Shown here piece after piece: positions 49,901-64,000 of a stretch of DNA of 64,000 nucleotides. Numbering within the stretch: position 1 is the stretch's first letter; the number at the start of each line of letters is the position of its first letter. A program made the position numbers and the translations under genes. The DNA lies in the NCBI GenBank assembly GCA_973851085.1, contig OZ316775.1, positions 14,136,001 through 14,200,000 on the forward strand. Direction: 5' to 3'. The notes beneath the pieces were generated by a model. That model was given only the letters and a program-made list of their open reading frames with translations, was not told the origin of the DNA and searched no databases. This DNA comes from Ptychomitrium polyphyllum (taxonomy: Eukaryota).

Positions 49901-52900
49901 TTTCTGACGCGTTTGCAACTAGTCTGCAAGAGGCAGAAAGCAGTCAAACATATGATATATATATTATCGTCACTCAAGACATTGTGAATGTGGGGATATC
50001 CCACTTCAAATGTATGAATTGACAACAGATCACCAGTAGAAGGTCTAGGAGTCGCAACGGAGTCCAATACAGTAAGTAAATTTGTAGTGATTGTTGTCAA
50101 GTGCCAGTAAGAAACACAAGCATACGTAAAGAAAATATCCACATGTCTCTATTTACCTGAGTAGCTCCAAAATGCTTCGCCAACTCTGATCCAATTTCTC
50201 TGCATGTCTCTGCACACAAATGATGTAAGTCCTCAATAACACCCATCTGAAGCCGGACGGCGCAACTTTTGATTATCTCACCATTTCATCAAGCTCATCA
50301 CATCTAAGGGAATTCCGCAAACTATGTGTGTGAACCAGGGGCCGAGCTTGGTATTTTCCATACTAAAATGGAAAATACCTATTTACTTTGACACACCATA
50401 TAATGTACATATTTGAATGCCAATAAACTCGCAGATGGACAAAGAAATGGAAAAACAGGACGTATCAATGGGACTCACCTCCAAGACATGCAATAAAATT
50501 CTGAGAGCTCCAGCACGAACATCTATGATGCGCCCATAATTATACAGTGAGCTAAGTGGTTGTAACAAGGTACACTCAAGTGCGATGTTGTCATTGCTCT
50601 GCTGCTTGCTTATTGAAACACTTGAGTCGCCATTGTTTCTCTTCATATCGCTGCCTCCTACGTGTTGTAGACCTCCTTTACCTTCATCATTGAAATCATT
50701 ACCCGCTCCAGCTCTATGTACACTCTCTTGGAACTGTGGACTTGCCAAGATTCCACAAATTGCTCGATCCAAGGCATCAAGTGCACTAGTACGCACCTGC
50801 TGACTGTCATGCTCTGCCAGCTGGAGAAAAATCACCTTATTCATTAACTACCTTCTCCTACCATCCTAGCGTCGGAAGAATGTAAAGAATGCAGGAATAA
50901 GCTTATCAATGGCTCAGAATCAGTACGAGTAGATTAACATCTGAAAATTTGAGAAGTTTCCTAAATGAATAAGTTAAAGATTGTTTGAAATAATAGGCAT
51001 CAAACTAATCAGTGTTAGAATCTCTCCTTACCTCCAAAAGGTGGTCTGTCACTTGATCCCACACAAGCTCCAAACCTGTTACAAAGTATGTAAGGGCTTT
51101 AGAAGACTGCGGGCCAAGCTATTGGATCGTGTAAATGAATCATGAGCGGACCGTAGATAGACATTAAGATGATTAAAAAAGGTCTACGTCAATTGTTGCA
51201 GAGTTCTAGAGGCGACTTACGATGAACATTAAACATGAGAGTACTCAACATGCGCTCCACAGCCCACATTTTGAGTGCAGCTTGGCCAGTCACGTTGTTT
51301 GCTGCACTACCGCTGACAGTGGAGAAAGTAGAGTTTGAAATACTAGCGAGTCCACTGACAAATGTGTTGGACACCTGCCGCAGAGCAGTAACAAAGAAAG
51401 ACAGCGCAGGGATACTCATCTTTCCGGTACTTTCAAACATCTGCTCGCATGAAAGCAGTAAAATTAGAAGTGAACATAAATATTACAACAGAACATGTGA
51501 CGAAAAAGGAGAAGCTACACAAGCTTCAAAGAATCGATAACTACTAAAGAATGCAGCTCAAAATAGTCTACATTACTACTAGGCACAGCATCTGTTTTAG
51601 TTGCAAATAATCGTTGGTTAAACCAACAAGGACAATATGTTCATCATGTATGCTGAATTATCTTAAAAGCTTTTCACAGACAACCTTTCACAGACGATAC
51701 CCCAAGATCGAAATTAACCTCATTGCGCACACACCATGGGCTATCTAATACAGAACTACACCTGTTGACAATTTCAGCTCTTTTGAGGATCACATACAAG
51801 GAGCACAAAGAACACTCCAATCTTAGTATCTTCTGCCTCCATACTAAGAAGAGCACCCAATTACAAAAAATTCATTGGAAAATGCCATTAAACCCTAGTA
51901 GCATGACCAAATTGGAACGATGACCCAAGAGTAACCCATCATTGTTTAGAGACAAATGGCCTACCTGAGCATCGTACATTGTTAAGATACTAAGCTCGCT
52001 GCTTGGTTCCCGTTTACGAGTAGGATTGCTTATACCATCCTGTGAACAAAGCCTACAAGCGGTCACAAAAATACTTCCAACTATGTCGAATTTGAGGACA
52101 CTAGAAATACGATACCAAATTCTTCATGACCGTTAAATTATGATTCATAGAAATTTTTCAAACAAAAAGCCCCACATACTTAAAGGAAAGGGTTAAGGTT
52201 CCTGATCAATATTTACTACTTTCTTAATTGCGTCCGTCCCATCTCCAAAATACTTAGGCGTAACTGACAAGCTAAAGGAATGCACAAATAAAAACTACAC
52301 TTTTTCAACCTAACTGTGCTAGATGAAACGAGACATTCGGATCTAATTATACACAAAGAAGCAAATGGGTTCAACATGAATGTCAGTAGTAAATACGAAC
52401 AAATTGATGTAGGAGAATATAAATTTGAATACCTACCTGACTAAGCGAATGAGCAGAATTCATCACCATATCCAGTACTTCCAGCGTTTCCAGTACCTAG
52501 ACATACCCGTCCAATCATACAACACCTCTTAATTCACAATACACGGAAGCCACTAAATTCACTAATTCTTGTCTTCGACATCTGTAGTTACCTTTAAGAA
52601 GGCCTATAAATCTTTCAATCTTTTATCATTAGGCGTCAAAATCCCAAGGCCGTCATCATTCACTCATGGTATGAAGCTTTGACTATGAAGATATATTCAC
52701 ATCAAGAGAATTGCCATGGGCCGGACACAAAAATTGCCTGGAACGTAAAATTGTCCTCTAACAGCTGATCATAAAACCTAACAAATGATGTAAAAGGTAA
52801 ACACATCCCTAAAAATTACTTCAGGTTAGAAAATCCACATCAAGTAGGGTTAACATTCAGAAAGAAAGCTGAATCGGTAAAGCTGAAAATACAGAAACAA

Positions 52901-55900
52901 GGGAACCAACCAATATCCAAGAAGTGGGACCCAACACCAAGTTCAACTGATGTGAGATGTTGAAAAGAGTCCTCATTGCCTGGAAAACTCCAACCATGTA
53001 AACGCAATGCAAGGCAGCTCTCAAATCAGCACGCCACTAACAGCCTTTTCACAAGCTGCACAAACTCCAACTTCACAAGCATAACAACTAAATGATGTTC
53101 TGCAAAGACATTCTTTATCTGATTGTGTTTTATGATGAAGACGATGTAAAGAAGCCTGTAATCCCAAGCCATCAACAAACAGGGTCTTATCGTCTGACAA
53201 TCGTAATTCTTGAACTCTTGGGATAGCATATTAATTTCAATAAATATGTTTAACACAACATACAAAACCAGACAAAGCAAGTTGCAAGAACACTGCAAGA
53301 CGAACTTTCCAAGTGGAACCTGTGATAAATAATCCAAAGTGCTTTTTAGTGGCATACGCAGGTAACTATAATAAGCATACAAAAGGGCTAAAACTTTTCA
53401 GCAAAACAGCGTCCACACCTGAATATTTTTGTAGCTAAGAACAACTGGTTCTCGTGGATCGATCAAATCAGGTCTTTTACCCCCTGAAGATGCTGTACCA
53501 GCCCTGAATGCAAGAAGATCTGTCATTGCAAAGACTTAACATCCAATTTTTTAAGGTATAGAGAGTTTGAAAGATATTCGTTAACAACATATCTTCACTT
53601 CAGAATAGTAGAATTGATAGTTGTCCGATTTCATGCGATTTAATTCAGCTGAAATAAAACGAAGAGAAAAGAGTTATCAGAAATGAACCATGATCTGTTT
53701 GGGTCATTTTGGAATGCGAACGTAAATCTGCAGAGAGATGCAAGAAAGGAATCCCGTGGCTCAACCGCGTATAGAACACCGCATGCCTGCAGAAATGTTC
53801 CATCAGAACTGGACATTAAAATACATAAAACCTTCTGAAAACTGTTGCATATGTGGTTTAACCTGTCTCATCCAGCCTTGTCTCATCATAGCAAGGGAAG
53901 TCAACAGAAACAAAGAAAAGTCAATACCTTCATCTCAGCAAATATTCTCAATTAAAGTTGGCATTGCAAGAGTAGAAGGATCTCAAAGTCCCAAAAACGA
54001 AGATGCCGATAATCAATTCATCATATCATACCTTTGTAAAGGCTTGATACCCCTTGAATATTTCAGATACTATTGCCTCGCCTTGTGTCCTAAAATACCC
54101 AAAAGATTCTTAAAAATACTTCAAAATTGCAAATAATATACTTAACAATCCTTTACAAATACAAGTCTCCTAAGAATGGGGACTAGATATACCCAGACCT
54201 ACCAATACTATCGAAAGAACACAATGTCAGTCCATGTGAAAAGACGCAGTACAGACAGCCATGCGATAGACAGATACAATTACCCGATAAGCAAAAAATT
54301 ATTCGCACTGGACATTAACACCCAGACTAACTCATATAAAAAAAATAGCACACCACTAACCACACACAGATCCTGTAGTCGTGTTACATTGAGAAAGATC
54401 GAGGTAATCACCTTGTCAAAATAAAACTAAGAGCTTCAAGTAGTGGTCGCCAAACAGAATTCACCAAGGCCGTACATACTGAAACTATGTCTTCGCTGTA
54501 GGTTTTTGTGGACGCTTCCTGGTCGGGAATTTGAACAAAAGCAGAATCTATCAGCTGCAATAAGTAACGATTCTCCAATGTAAAAAATGAAATAGCAAAT
54601 GAAAACGTACATGCGACCATGGAATATGCAGAACTATCAAACAACTGGATATACGTTAACTACTAAGTCCTATCTAAGAAGACAGCAGTGCAGCCATCCT
54701 GTACAGCATAGATAATAGAACTAATAAACAGAAAATTAAGATAAAACTGGCATCCGACCTCCTCTAAACCCACTGCTTCATCAGTCAAAGTCGCTACTGT
54801 AAAAATGACTCCCAGGAGACCCTCCACTGCTAATGTGATGGCCTGTGCCTCACTTGCAATTAATGCTCCCATACCGCTCGGATCTCCCTCCGGTGTCCAC
54901 TCTATACCTGAAATTTGTAAAAGTGGGAGTTAAGTAACAAGGAAGCAAAATAACAGTGATCCTGCACAACACGAAACGCCAACTAAGCATTCTTAATTGC
55001 ACCATAGCAAAAATCGTCATAGAACAGACTGTCACGCTGTGATAATCTAAGCACGTGCCTTCTAGACAATGGAAGGGAGCTGTCTAGCACGCATTTCAAC
55101 ATCTGAGAAGTCATTACCTTTTGACTTGCAATGGAACATGCCTGCCACAGCTATCAAAGTCTCCTCACTGCCATCAAGTAACTGCCAATTTGCAGATAAT
55201 GACCACATAGAAAAGCCACACTCATTAGCAAATTCTTCCAAAAAGATAATGTCATTATAAAATAATCAATAGCTGATGCCTAGTAAGATCTTCAGATATA
55301 TGCAAATGAAATCGAACTTCACATTACTCCTATTTGCATTGAGTATATGAATCTTGGCTAATTGCATAGTTACTATCTACTCAGCCCTGTTCTACCTTCT
55401 CATCTTTAATAACTCATTCGGAATTAAGAGGCAACATCAAGCAACTTAAATCCAGTAACTCAAGAGCTATTTGCTGCCTTATCCAGGGGATCCAGAATCA
55501 TAGCACTATTTCTTAAGAGGACTTGGAATCCGATATCAGCTAATGAACATTCCAAAGATATGTAGCTAACAAGGGTATCTCGTAAATAATGTGTCAAGAG
55601 GTTAGAAAAACAGATACCAACCTCAATCCTAGTCACAACTCGCGCCAATGTATGGACTATACTGGACACCATATCCGTATTCTTGAGCTTCCTGAATGCA
55701 TTGAATTATTCAGTTCAGGTATTGTGCCCCTCGTCTTCAGATCAAACAGCCGGAACCAAAATGCCTTCCGTTCCCAGAGAACCTCAATGATATCAACACT
55801 TAACAATATCAACATATTACTCTTGAGATACAATACTAAATATCGGAGACCCCCGTTTAGCAGGGCCAAGCTGACCAACTATCTCGAATACTATAAATGA

Positions 55901-58900
55901 CAACATCGATCATAGATGAAAAGCCTGATTTTTCAGATAAACACAAGCAATACTGAAGCAGAAGCAATAACAATGATGAAGATTCCAAGAGTCACACATA
56001 CATGTCAAAAGTTTTGAACAAAAGGCACAGCATTCTAGCCTCCACGCATAGTCCCTGAAAATAATTCAGCCTCAGGATTAGAAATGATATTTTGAGCACA
56101 TAGTGATTCTCTGGAAAAACAAAACCGCCATACGATGAGAGTTTCAGAATATATTTTGAATTTTTTTTAATCTATTCAAGTTAAAAGATGAAAGATAATA
56201 CACATACCCGCAAGGTCTCAAGCACCATAATATGGTGCCAAGGTGGCAAATCTAAATCTATGCTTTTGATGAGCATGCTCATAAACACCTGCCATACAAG
56301 TCGCAGGTAAGTTTTCCACAGAATCTGATGGAAATCACCACGTCCTACACCAGAGATATTAGTCAATTCAAATACACCTGCAGACAACAGGTTTGCGTGT
56401 AGATACAGTTACAAGTACAGAATTCTCAACGAATGTAGACCAAGAATCTAACCAAACTTCCTTCGACCAACAACCAGAAAAAAAAGTCTGTTTCACTTCT
56501 CATTCACAGGACAACCAATAAAAAGTACTATTAAAATACATACAACCCTACAAAATCTCTAGTAAATCTGAAAGCGTTCATCCTTGACAAACTTCGTAGA
56601 TACTACATGGTGCAGTGCTTTTGCACAAGTGGACCTCAATTTAAAAATGATTACCGGTAATGCAATTAAATCTTGTAGAGCTTGAGAAAACTGCTCACCT
56701 CACACTCTGTGGTCAGCATAGAGTTATATAATCGGGTCACACTTGCTACTGACCGTAGGAGTAAGCGCCGAAAAGCTGGTTCACCAACTACTGAGTCGAT
56801 CTGAAGTAACACATTTGACACAATGTTGCAAATGCCGCATATGGTAAATAACAGCAAGAGATTTGATTTGCTATGTGAGACTTATATAATCTCCAGCTTC
56901 GCAAGCAAGTAGATAACTCCCGTAGTAATACGCTCAATACTCCATGTATATAAAACAGGACAGCGTCAATCTTATCATCAACAAACAGAAATTTATTTCA
57001 GAGCTCTACACAGACAAACTAAAATTCGCTAAAAGTTCTTTAAACTACTGCTCGCGACATATCAACTGTACAGCCCCAAGCAGCATAAATGAAATCTTCA
57101 TCTGCATGAAGTCATTTGAAGTCGACAATCAACGTTTTACAGGAAGGAAGAAAAAGAAACAACTTGAGAAATAGAACATAAAAGTGCAATTAAACAATAG
57201 AGAAAACGAAGCAAAAATAATTTCAGAACTCTACCTCACTAGACGTGCGGAGAGAGGTCATAAGCAGCGAGCAAACCTGTTGCTTCAGAACCTTCAACCA
57301 TTTTGCGAAAAATTTAGATAAACAGTTCATGAAATCGACTAAAAAGTTTGCAAAGTAGTAAAAACATTGCTTAACAAGGCCTTCATCTGCCTATTTGCAA
57401 CAACTGCAATACCTGCGCAAAAGGAGACAGTCTCTTGAAAATAACCGCATAGTGTGACAAGACATACCTGCAAAGCACTCACAGATACTTGTCAGATGCT
57501 GTCCAGTACAAAGAAGCTCCACACAATTAGTCAAGCCACATTCTTAAACAATATCATCAAGTACTACAATTACCTTTTGACATACTGAAGATAACTACAA
57601 AATACCAATGTTGAAAATCAGACAATATAGCAAACTATGCACCTCTAATCACTAAAAATAAATGAGCAAAGTTGCACTCTGGAACAGAAAGTTCAAGCTC
57701 ATCATTGGACACTAAGCCAAAAGTCAAAGGCGCATTTTAACGTGTCAAGTTATATCAGTTCACTCACTCCAGCATATCTAGGGCAAAACTTCTTTGAAGT
57801 TGAGAAACTTGAAGCCACGTAGCCTGCAAATTGTGTTAAAATAACAGTCATCAGTCGATTCCGGTCAGACAGAGAACTTGGATGTGAAAATAACAAGTTG
57901 ATTGGGAAGAAGATAACTTTACCGATCCACCCCCTGCAAATGAAGTAAGATCTTCAAAAAGGTGTAGAGCTAGCTTTCCAGCTTCGGATAAAGTTTTGTT
58001 GTCTGTTGCCAAAGGTGGCTGATTATCAACGTAGACATCCTCAGCAAGTCTGCGAATCAATAGCGGTTGCACATGAGAAATATACCTACAACCAAACAAA
58101 TAGAGATGTAAAAGAAACCTGTGTTGAACCTCTACAAAGGAAGTTGAAGTGGTGCACAAAATTGACATACTTCCGACTTGAGACATTCAACAAACAAAAC
58201 AAAACTTACTCTGATGTGCTTATGCTGCGACTGACTTCACCAGCTACAGAATTGGATGAAGATGACCAGCCACCAGTTCCGCCATAGTGCAAAACTGGCA
58301 AGTTTTCGGCTCTCAAAACGCTGTCAAATATGAGAGCTACAGCTTGCCGTACAGTTGCAATTGCAGTACTGCAGACGTAAACATACACTTAGAATATAGT
58401 TCTTGACCAAAAATCTCATTTCGTCAAACTACGTCAAACATGAAAATTGCAAACCACATACCTGTGAACGCTGTCGGAATTACGACTGTTTCCAAGAAGT
58501 CGAAGACAAAGTCCAAGTATTATAGCCATCTGATCCTGTTCACAACAAAAGAAGTATTGACAATATAATGAACAAGATGATTGCCTTACAATGCACAAAA
58601 GTACAACAAAACATATTCGATCAATATAAATTCAGAAAAAGGGCATTGCTAGAAAGAAAACAGATAGTGAGGCATCAATGCTGGCGTCGTGACAATGAAA
58701 TATCTCAATATTAGGAGACCTCGGCCTTTCACAGAAGAACATAAGACACAAGACCACAAGAGGATGCAAGAGATTACATGGACAAGGAATTGTCAGTGAT
58801 TATTACTCAGATTTAGCATCCACTCTCAAGGGTTTAAAAATACATGTTTACTTCTCTTGTCTTCTCTTGTTTCGGCATACCACAGGACTGATTGAACGAG

Positions 58901-60569
58901 AAACAATACTCATTCTCGAACTACTAGGATTCTATACTTCCTGAATATGTGCTCTACCTCATCTTTTGGATAAAGTTGGGACTGAAGTATTGTCAACGAC
59001 AGCTGGAGGGTTTTGAGTTGCACAATCTCTTCGGTCATGTCCGAGCGCTGCACCAAAGAAGAAGGTTACTACAGGCTGTTAACATATTTAGTAATAATAG
59101 CCAAAATCTACGCAAACAACAAATTAATATCTAGACATGCTCAAAATCGCAACAACCTGCTTTATCTGAGCGCAGCTTTCAGCCTTTGAAATCAGAAAAT
59201 GCTGTGCCAATGATAGATTTAGAGGTAAGTAGGCATTTGAGGTGGAATAAGCAAAAAGGTTATTTACATCTTTCAAAGTAGCCAAAATTGATGGAAGGAG
59301 CGATGACGCAACAGCGTCGTGGGCAATTAATTTGTCTACGCCCGCCAATCCCATGATGCTCAACTTGTTATTCCTACTTTCACAAGCTAGCAGAAAGGTC
59401 TTCAGAACGTCATCACTTCCTGCCACTTGGTTTGCATTTGTCGCCAAGCGGACCTGCACATAACAAATGTCCTTTAATACTGTGCTCTTAACTCATACCC
59501 AATTCTACATGGAAGGGCGAATTAAACACACATTTAAGTAGAATCTAGTGTTCTGAGAAGATCCTTAGATACAATGCTCATTAATGGACCACACCGATTA
59601 CATTGTAAGATCCGGAAACACAAGTTTAAGTCGTCCAAGATAGTATTTCAAGGCAACAATCGATTGGAGAATTTTTTGTTCTCCCCCGAGGGCATGTCAG
59701 TTCTCTGCTGATACAATTCCAAGAATCTGGTCTTGAGAACATTTGAAATATGGACTTCTCCTATCGTACACTTCTTAAATGATCCAAAATCTATTGCTAC
59801 TCTGACACTTGTAGACCAATTAGCACTCTTCAACAGCGTGTTTCTCTCACTTGATTGCAAGTCTGCATGATACAGTATTAAAGGACATTTGTTATGTTAA
59901 AAAATAGCAAATATCGTCTGGTATCCAGCTTCTCGATGCAGGTGAAGAGATGCACCGGTACGTTTATTGCTTCTGATGACTGTCGTAGGAACTCAAGCAC
60001 GATATGAATGGGATGATGAACATGGACAAAACAAGGGAAAATAGCATCTCACTACCATACTGCAAGACCTTCACAAACCAGTGCATTCAGCACCAGAATG
60101 CAATGCTCTCCCTCAACGACACCGAAACTACCTTGCCCTTTCAATCATGAACAGAAAATCCTAACAACAGATTGCCAACTCCACTTGTCTCCATCAATTT
60201 CTAAACTCCAAAATTCACTAAATCACATGTGGAGCTATGTAATGCCGTGACACGTCTAAACGAGAAACGAGATGTATTGGCAATGCGATCCAACGCAATG
60301 CAGCCACGACCAAAACACCAAGCCTCAAAACTGCGCAATCAAACTCTCAATTACGACTCCGAGCTGCACCGAGCTGAAACCTCGTCACTCCACGAGAACA
60401 GCCAACGACAACAAACAAACTCTCTCGAAACAAAAATCCAAAAACCTAGGGTTTAATATCATGCCTTGAAAATCGACCGATCGGCAGCATCTTTGATAGC
60501 CGGAAACTTGCGGCGAGCTTCCGCAGCCAGCATCCGCAGATCGCTCTCCAACGACGCGATGAGCGCCAT
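43956..60569 (-). CDS. MON2: Protein MON2 homolog (ARF-GEF-like endosome/Golgi trafficking protein), many exons
   Basis: Exon 1 (60465-60569) reads MALIASLESDLRMLAAEARRKFPAIKDAA. Later exons include FLLACESRNNKLS, TAIATVRQAVALIF, GEPAFRRLLLR, TQGEAIVSEIFKGYQAFT, DVNISLTAIGALW, DERPEIRHSAIRTLF, KQWDETLVLVLGG and AHLFLLY. The last exon (about 43956-44022) reads VLEVRELLQALLMLVGTELGL*. Not every internal exon boundary was resolved. Confidence 0.93.
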
Positions 60570-61149
60570 CTCTCGCGCCCGAACCGCGTCCCGAAATCCA
60601 ACCACCTCTCTCAGCCCGCCAGCATCTCCGGTCTAGTCGACCAACCTACACAAACCTCCCTTCGATCACATCCACGGCCTCCAATCGCTCCATCCTCCCG
60701 TCACTTCGCAACCCCGCCACCGGAATCCAAATTTACACTCATCGTGCTCGCCACTTGGCCAACCTAACCAAAAACTAGTGCGACAGAGTCCGTTCTCCAG
60801 CTCCCTCCACCAAATACGCCAGGCTCTTGCTCCTCCTCGCACTTGCAGACCTTGTTGCGCTCCTCTCGATGCAGATTGTGGCGAATGCGTAGAGGTGATT
60901 GTGGCCACTGCGTGTGAGTGCATGTGGCTAAAGTCGCGCGGCGTCGTGCACCCTTGGTGCTGCTATCTACCGGCCGCCTAGATTTTGGAAGCGGTCGAGT
61001 CAGGCAGTGTAGTTGACAATTGGGACATACGTTTTGTGCAGGGCGCCGAATCTATGATCAGCGTACACTTCAGGTTCGTTGCATTTGCAGTGGCGAGACC
61101 ACAGCTCTGTGTTGTGTTGAGTTCCCTGAGTTGGAGGTTTTAGGTGAGT

Positions 61150-62163
61150 CGGTGAGAGATGGATGCAGCCTTGCTATGTTGGCATATGTGTTGCAGTTGT
61201 GAATCTACATGTAGTAAAGCCGGAGGTGAGATCACAGATGATGTGTTAAGAGTTATCCAAGGGGTTGGTCCGAAGAGGGAAGCGCCGACATCACAGACAT
61301 CACAGTTGTTCGTGACTACCAAAGTGCAGCTTCGAAGTGGATTCTTCAGTTTGGGGATCGATCAACGTTCGCAAGCCTCCCCGTTGCAGGTGCATCACGA
61401 AGGCACTGCTGAGAAGCCTCTCTTTCAACAATGTGGCAGCCACGATGTCGATTGGCAGGCGTGTTCCTCTAGGCTGGGTCGTCTGTGAGGGTGTTCTGCT
61501 AGTACTTCAAGAGGGCGGGAGGTCGATGCTACTCGAGGTTTTGGAGGACGCTCCCTGCTTTCAAGACCTTCACCACCAGGGGACGACCGGTATTATTGTA
61601 ACGAGCAGCGTAGATGTCCGCTTGGCCTCCTTCCGTCAGCTTCTCTTCCCCTCTGACAGCGTATCTGAAACATCCTCAGACAAAGGATGATGTGTCCTGT
61701 CGTGTTCGTCATCAGGAATTTGCTGAAGCTCAAGCTGGTCTCAGTCAAACACGTACTGTCAGCGCTGGAGGATTTCAAAGTACTCGCGGTTTGGCTAGCC
61801 CGACTGCTGTGTCGGGGACATTGTGAGATCATATTGGCTGTGGTGTACTCTCGAGGATTCGATCTCGAACTCCACCGCGTTGTGGAATTCGTCTATTTTC
61901 TCCCTCGTTTCTTGAATGCGTGGAGAATGGTACCACGACGAGGAAGACGGGCTGTAAAGTGTTGTTCTGGATTCTTAGGCTGTTGCATCTCGCGATCTGG
62001 GTTTGTATTCACCGTGACAACTGTGCACTCTGATGTTCTGCTTCTCACCGTTCTCTCTGTCTACTTGAGAATGTTTGCCACTTGAGCTCGCCATGGCAGT
62101 TGCACCCTCTTGCTGAAGGACCTCATTTAGCTTTGCAGACGATGCGCTTCGAAGCCCTTCCAT
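61150..62163 (-). pseudogene. Decayed protein kinase gene (TKL-like, moss-type)
   Basis: Minus strand from ATG 62163 (MEGLRSASSAKLNEVLQQ), with multiple stops. At about 61645-61540: EKLTEGGQADIYAARY...LVVKVLKAGSVLQNLE* (Gly-loop plus VAVK-like lysine). Then frameshifted IVAATLLKE...AFVMHLQRGGLRTLID (hinge/alphaD) and a degraded IHNCN...KAAS where HRDLKAAN is expected. Confidence 0.65.
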
Positions 62164-63063
62164 GCGCTGAGTGTTTGCAGCAATCGACAAATATCAAGGA
62201 TTTCTACAAGAAATCAAGGGTTTTCCTTTTCCAGGTTCGGAAACTGTCAGAGTGCAGGGCGAAGCATGTTGGACATGAGAACTCTGAGGGCAAACTCCAC
62301 CTACACCCAAATCGAACAGCAACAAGGCAAGTGCTCGTACGGTAATTAAAAAATTAACAATCTAACACTGCAAGAGTAACTTGCGACGAATTTCTGCCTC
62401 CTCCCTAACCTTCTTTTCTAAACCCTCCATGTTGCTCAGCAACAAAGCCAACGACGGTGATGTATCAGGCTGCGGATCAGAGGCGGACATCCTCAACTAG
62501 CAACTTGGAACCAAGAATAGCCTGTCCTCTATCAACTTGCAAATGAATGCACTTACAAGAGCGAAGATTAAGTCAAATACAAGGTTTTAGCAGTCACAAG
62601 GAGCCGATAGTAATCTTAGAACGTTAAACCCCACTGAAAACTCGACGTCGCTGAAACAGCGACATAGCATCAACAATGAAGAGAGAATTTCAAGCCAGCG
62701 GCAAACTATGCGCAACTGATGTGCATGGTTACTTTAAAAACGTCGACTCAATAGGTTAGTCCGATTTCTATAAATTGGAAATCTAAACGAAAAATTATGC
62801 GTATTCCATACCCAGGGCAAATATGATTTGATTTAGACAGTTCACCTTCATCTTAAACAGACAGGTTAGATATGAATGATGTACACACTCCAACTTAATC
62901 GTTATTACAAAGTACGGACTGAGCTGATTCCAACTTAATCAAGACCTACACCCAGATTATAAAAAGAATCAAATACACAAAATGTACAAACAAGTCACCA
63001 AATGCAGCAATCTGAACCTGCCTAAAAAATCTCCACGTAAGCTTGTATAAGCACCTGCACAGC

Positions 63064-63875
63064 TCAAGTTAATGAGAGGCGATCCCGTAGAGTATCAAAC
63101 AGAGCCCCAGCAGCTGTATTCTGACCAAACGTAATCTTCAACCTGCCTAGCAATTCACTGTCTTTAGCTTGAGCAGCAGCTTCTGTTGCTTCCTTCTCCA
63201 TGCCAATACGCGCATACGCCTGAAATCAGCAAGTTTCTTGATCAGGATAAGAGAGGACTTGTGTAGCTACCCAGAAGAATTAACGTTTTGAGATTAAATA
63301 ACTTAAGAAGATGCCCGAAGATGCCAATGCAAGAAACTTACTAGTGAATAACACCTGGTTGTTAAGAGGATAAAATAGGGCATACCTCAGCTCTCTCTTG
63401 GGGATCTGTAAGCTTGACAATGTACTTCAAAGCTTCAGCATTTTCCTCTTCTTCTATGCATGCCTCAACAAATGGTTTGTATCCTGCAAGAAAAAAAATT
63501 ATAGCACAAGTCAAAAAAATATAACGGTACCTATTTAAAAAATATGCAATGCTGTAGAAAGATTCATAATTTGAATGCGTTTTGCAGGTTTTGATGAGCA
63601 AATTCAAGATTGGTAAAAGTTTAATGCTTTAACCTGAAAGAATATTTTAAGTAATTACAAGCTTATACTTGCAAGATTATGTATATCTGAGTACCTAAGA
63701 AGGTTCATGCATCGACCAACTTAAGGATAAAAAAATGGGTAAAGATCTAGCAGTGCTTGATTGGCATCCTACCTATCGGAGGTTTCTTTTCTTTAGAAAA
63801 CTTCTCCAGTGCCTCCCACTGCTTTGCAGTTGCAAGTGCAAACACTTTCAGCCAATAGAAACGCTTGTCAGGGAC
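63064..63875 (-). CDS. VPS16: 3' end of VACUOLELESS1/VPS16 (HOPS/CORVET core subunit); the gene continues beyond the window
   Basis: Exons 63773-63875 ([34 protein letters not shown]), 63386-63483 ([11 protein letters not shown]...DPQERAE) and 63064-63219 (AYARIGM...[12 protein letters not shown]...[11 protein letters not shown]), matching the Vps16 C-terminus. Confidence 0.93.
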
Positions 63876-64000
63876 CTGAATAAATAAGGAGCAGAATTAG
63901 AACATAATCTGACTCAATTTGTCACAAATATGTTGACATAACAAATTCCAATGCTTTAAAACCTGAAGATGCGGCAAGGAACTGAATAACCTGCGGTGCC

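Noticed and set aside
43956..63875. Adjacent membrane-trafficking genes MON2 and VPS16 as a functional cluster
   Set aside because: Two housekeeping neighbours are readily explained by chance; nothing in the sequence indicates co-regulation.
1..64000. CRISPR arrays, rRNA, intact tRNAs, prokaryotic operons or intact LTR elements
   Set aside because: None seen. The repeats lack unique spacers and the sequence is intron-containing plant DNA.

Overview
This is eukaryotic land-plant genomic DNA, most likely a moss (inferred from protein similarity, short GT-AG introns, GC-rich genes separated by very AT-rich blocks and a moss-type kinase relic; the species cannot be determined). All homology calls are from recalled family motifs, not database searches. 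Spliced genes reconstructed by hand: a partial At1g36990-like gene (-), an intronless ASR3/SH4-type trihelix transcription factor (-), QTRT2 (-), a UPL5-type HECT E3 ligase (+), a C-terminally extended phytocystatin (-), MON2 (-, first intron GC-AG) and the 3' end of VPS16/VCL1 (-). The most notable observation is an apparently chimeric 6-exon gene (11290-14797, +, about 454 aa). An internal segment of a GMI1/SMCHD1-like chromatin protein is spliced in frame to a complete MEE60-family membrane protein, while the GMI1-like sequence further upstream is broken by stops and frameshifts. The ORF track also hides a heavily decayed Helitron PIF1-helicase relic (about 32360-33510), a protein kinase pseudogene (about 61150-62163) and a cluster of hairpins upstream of UPL5.
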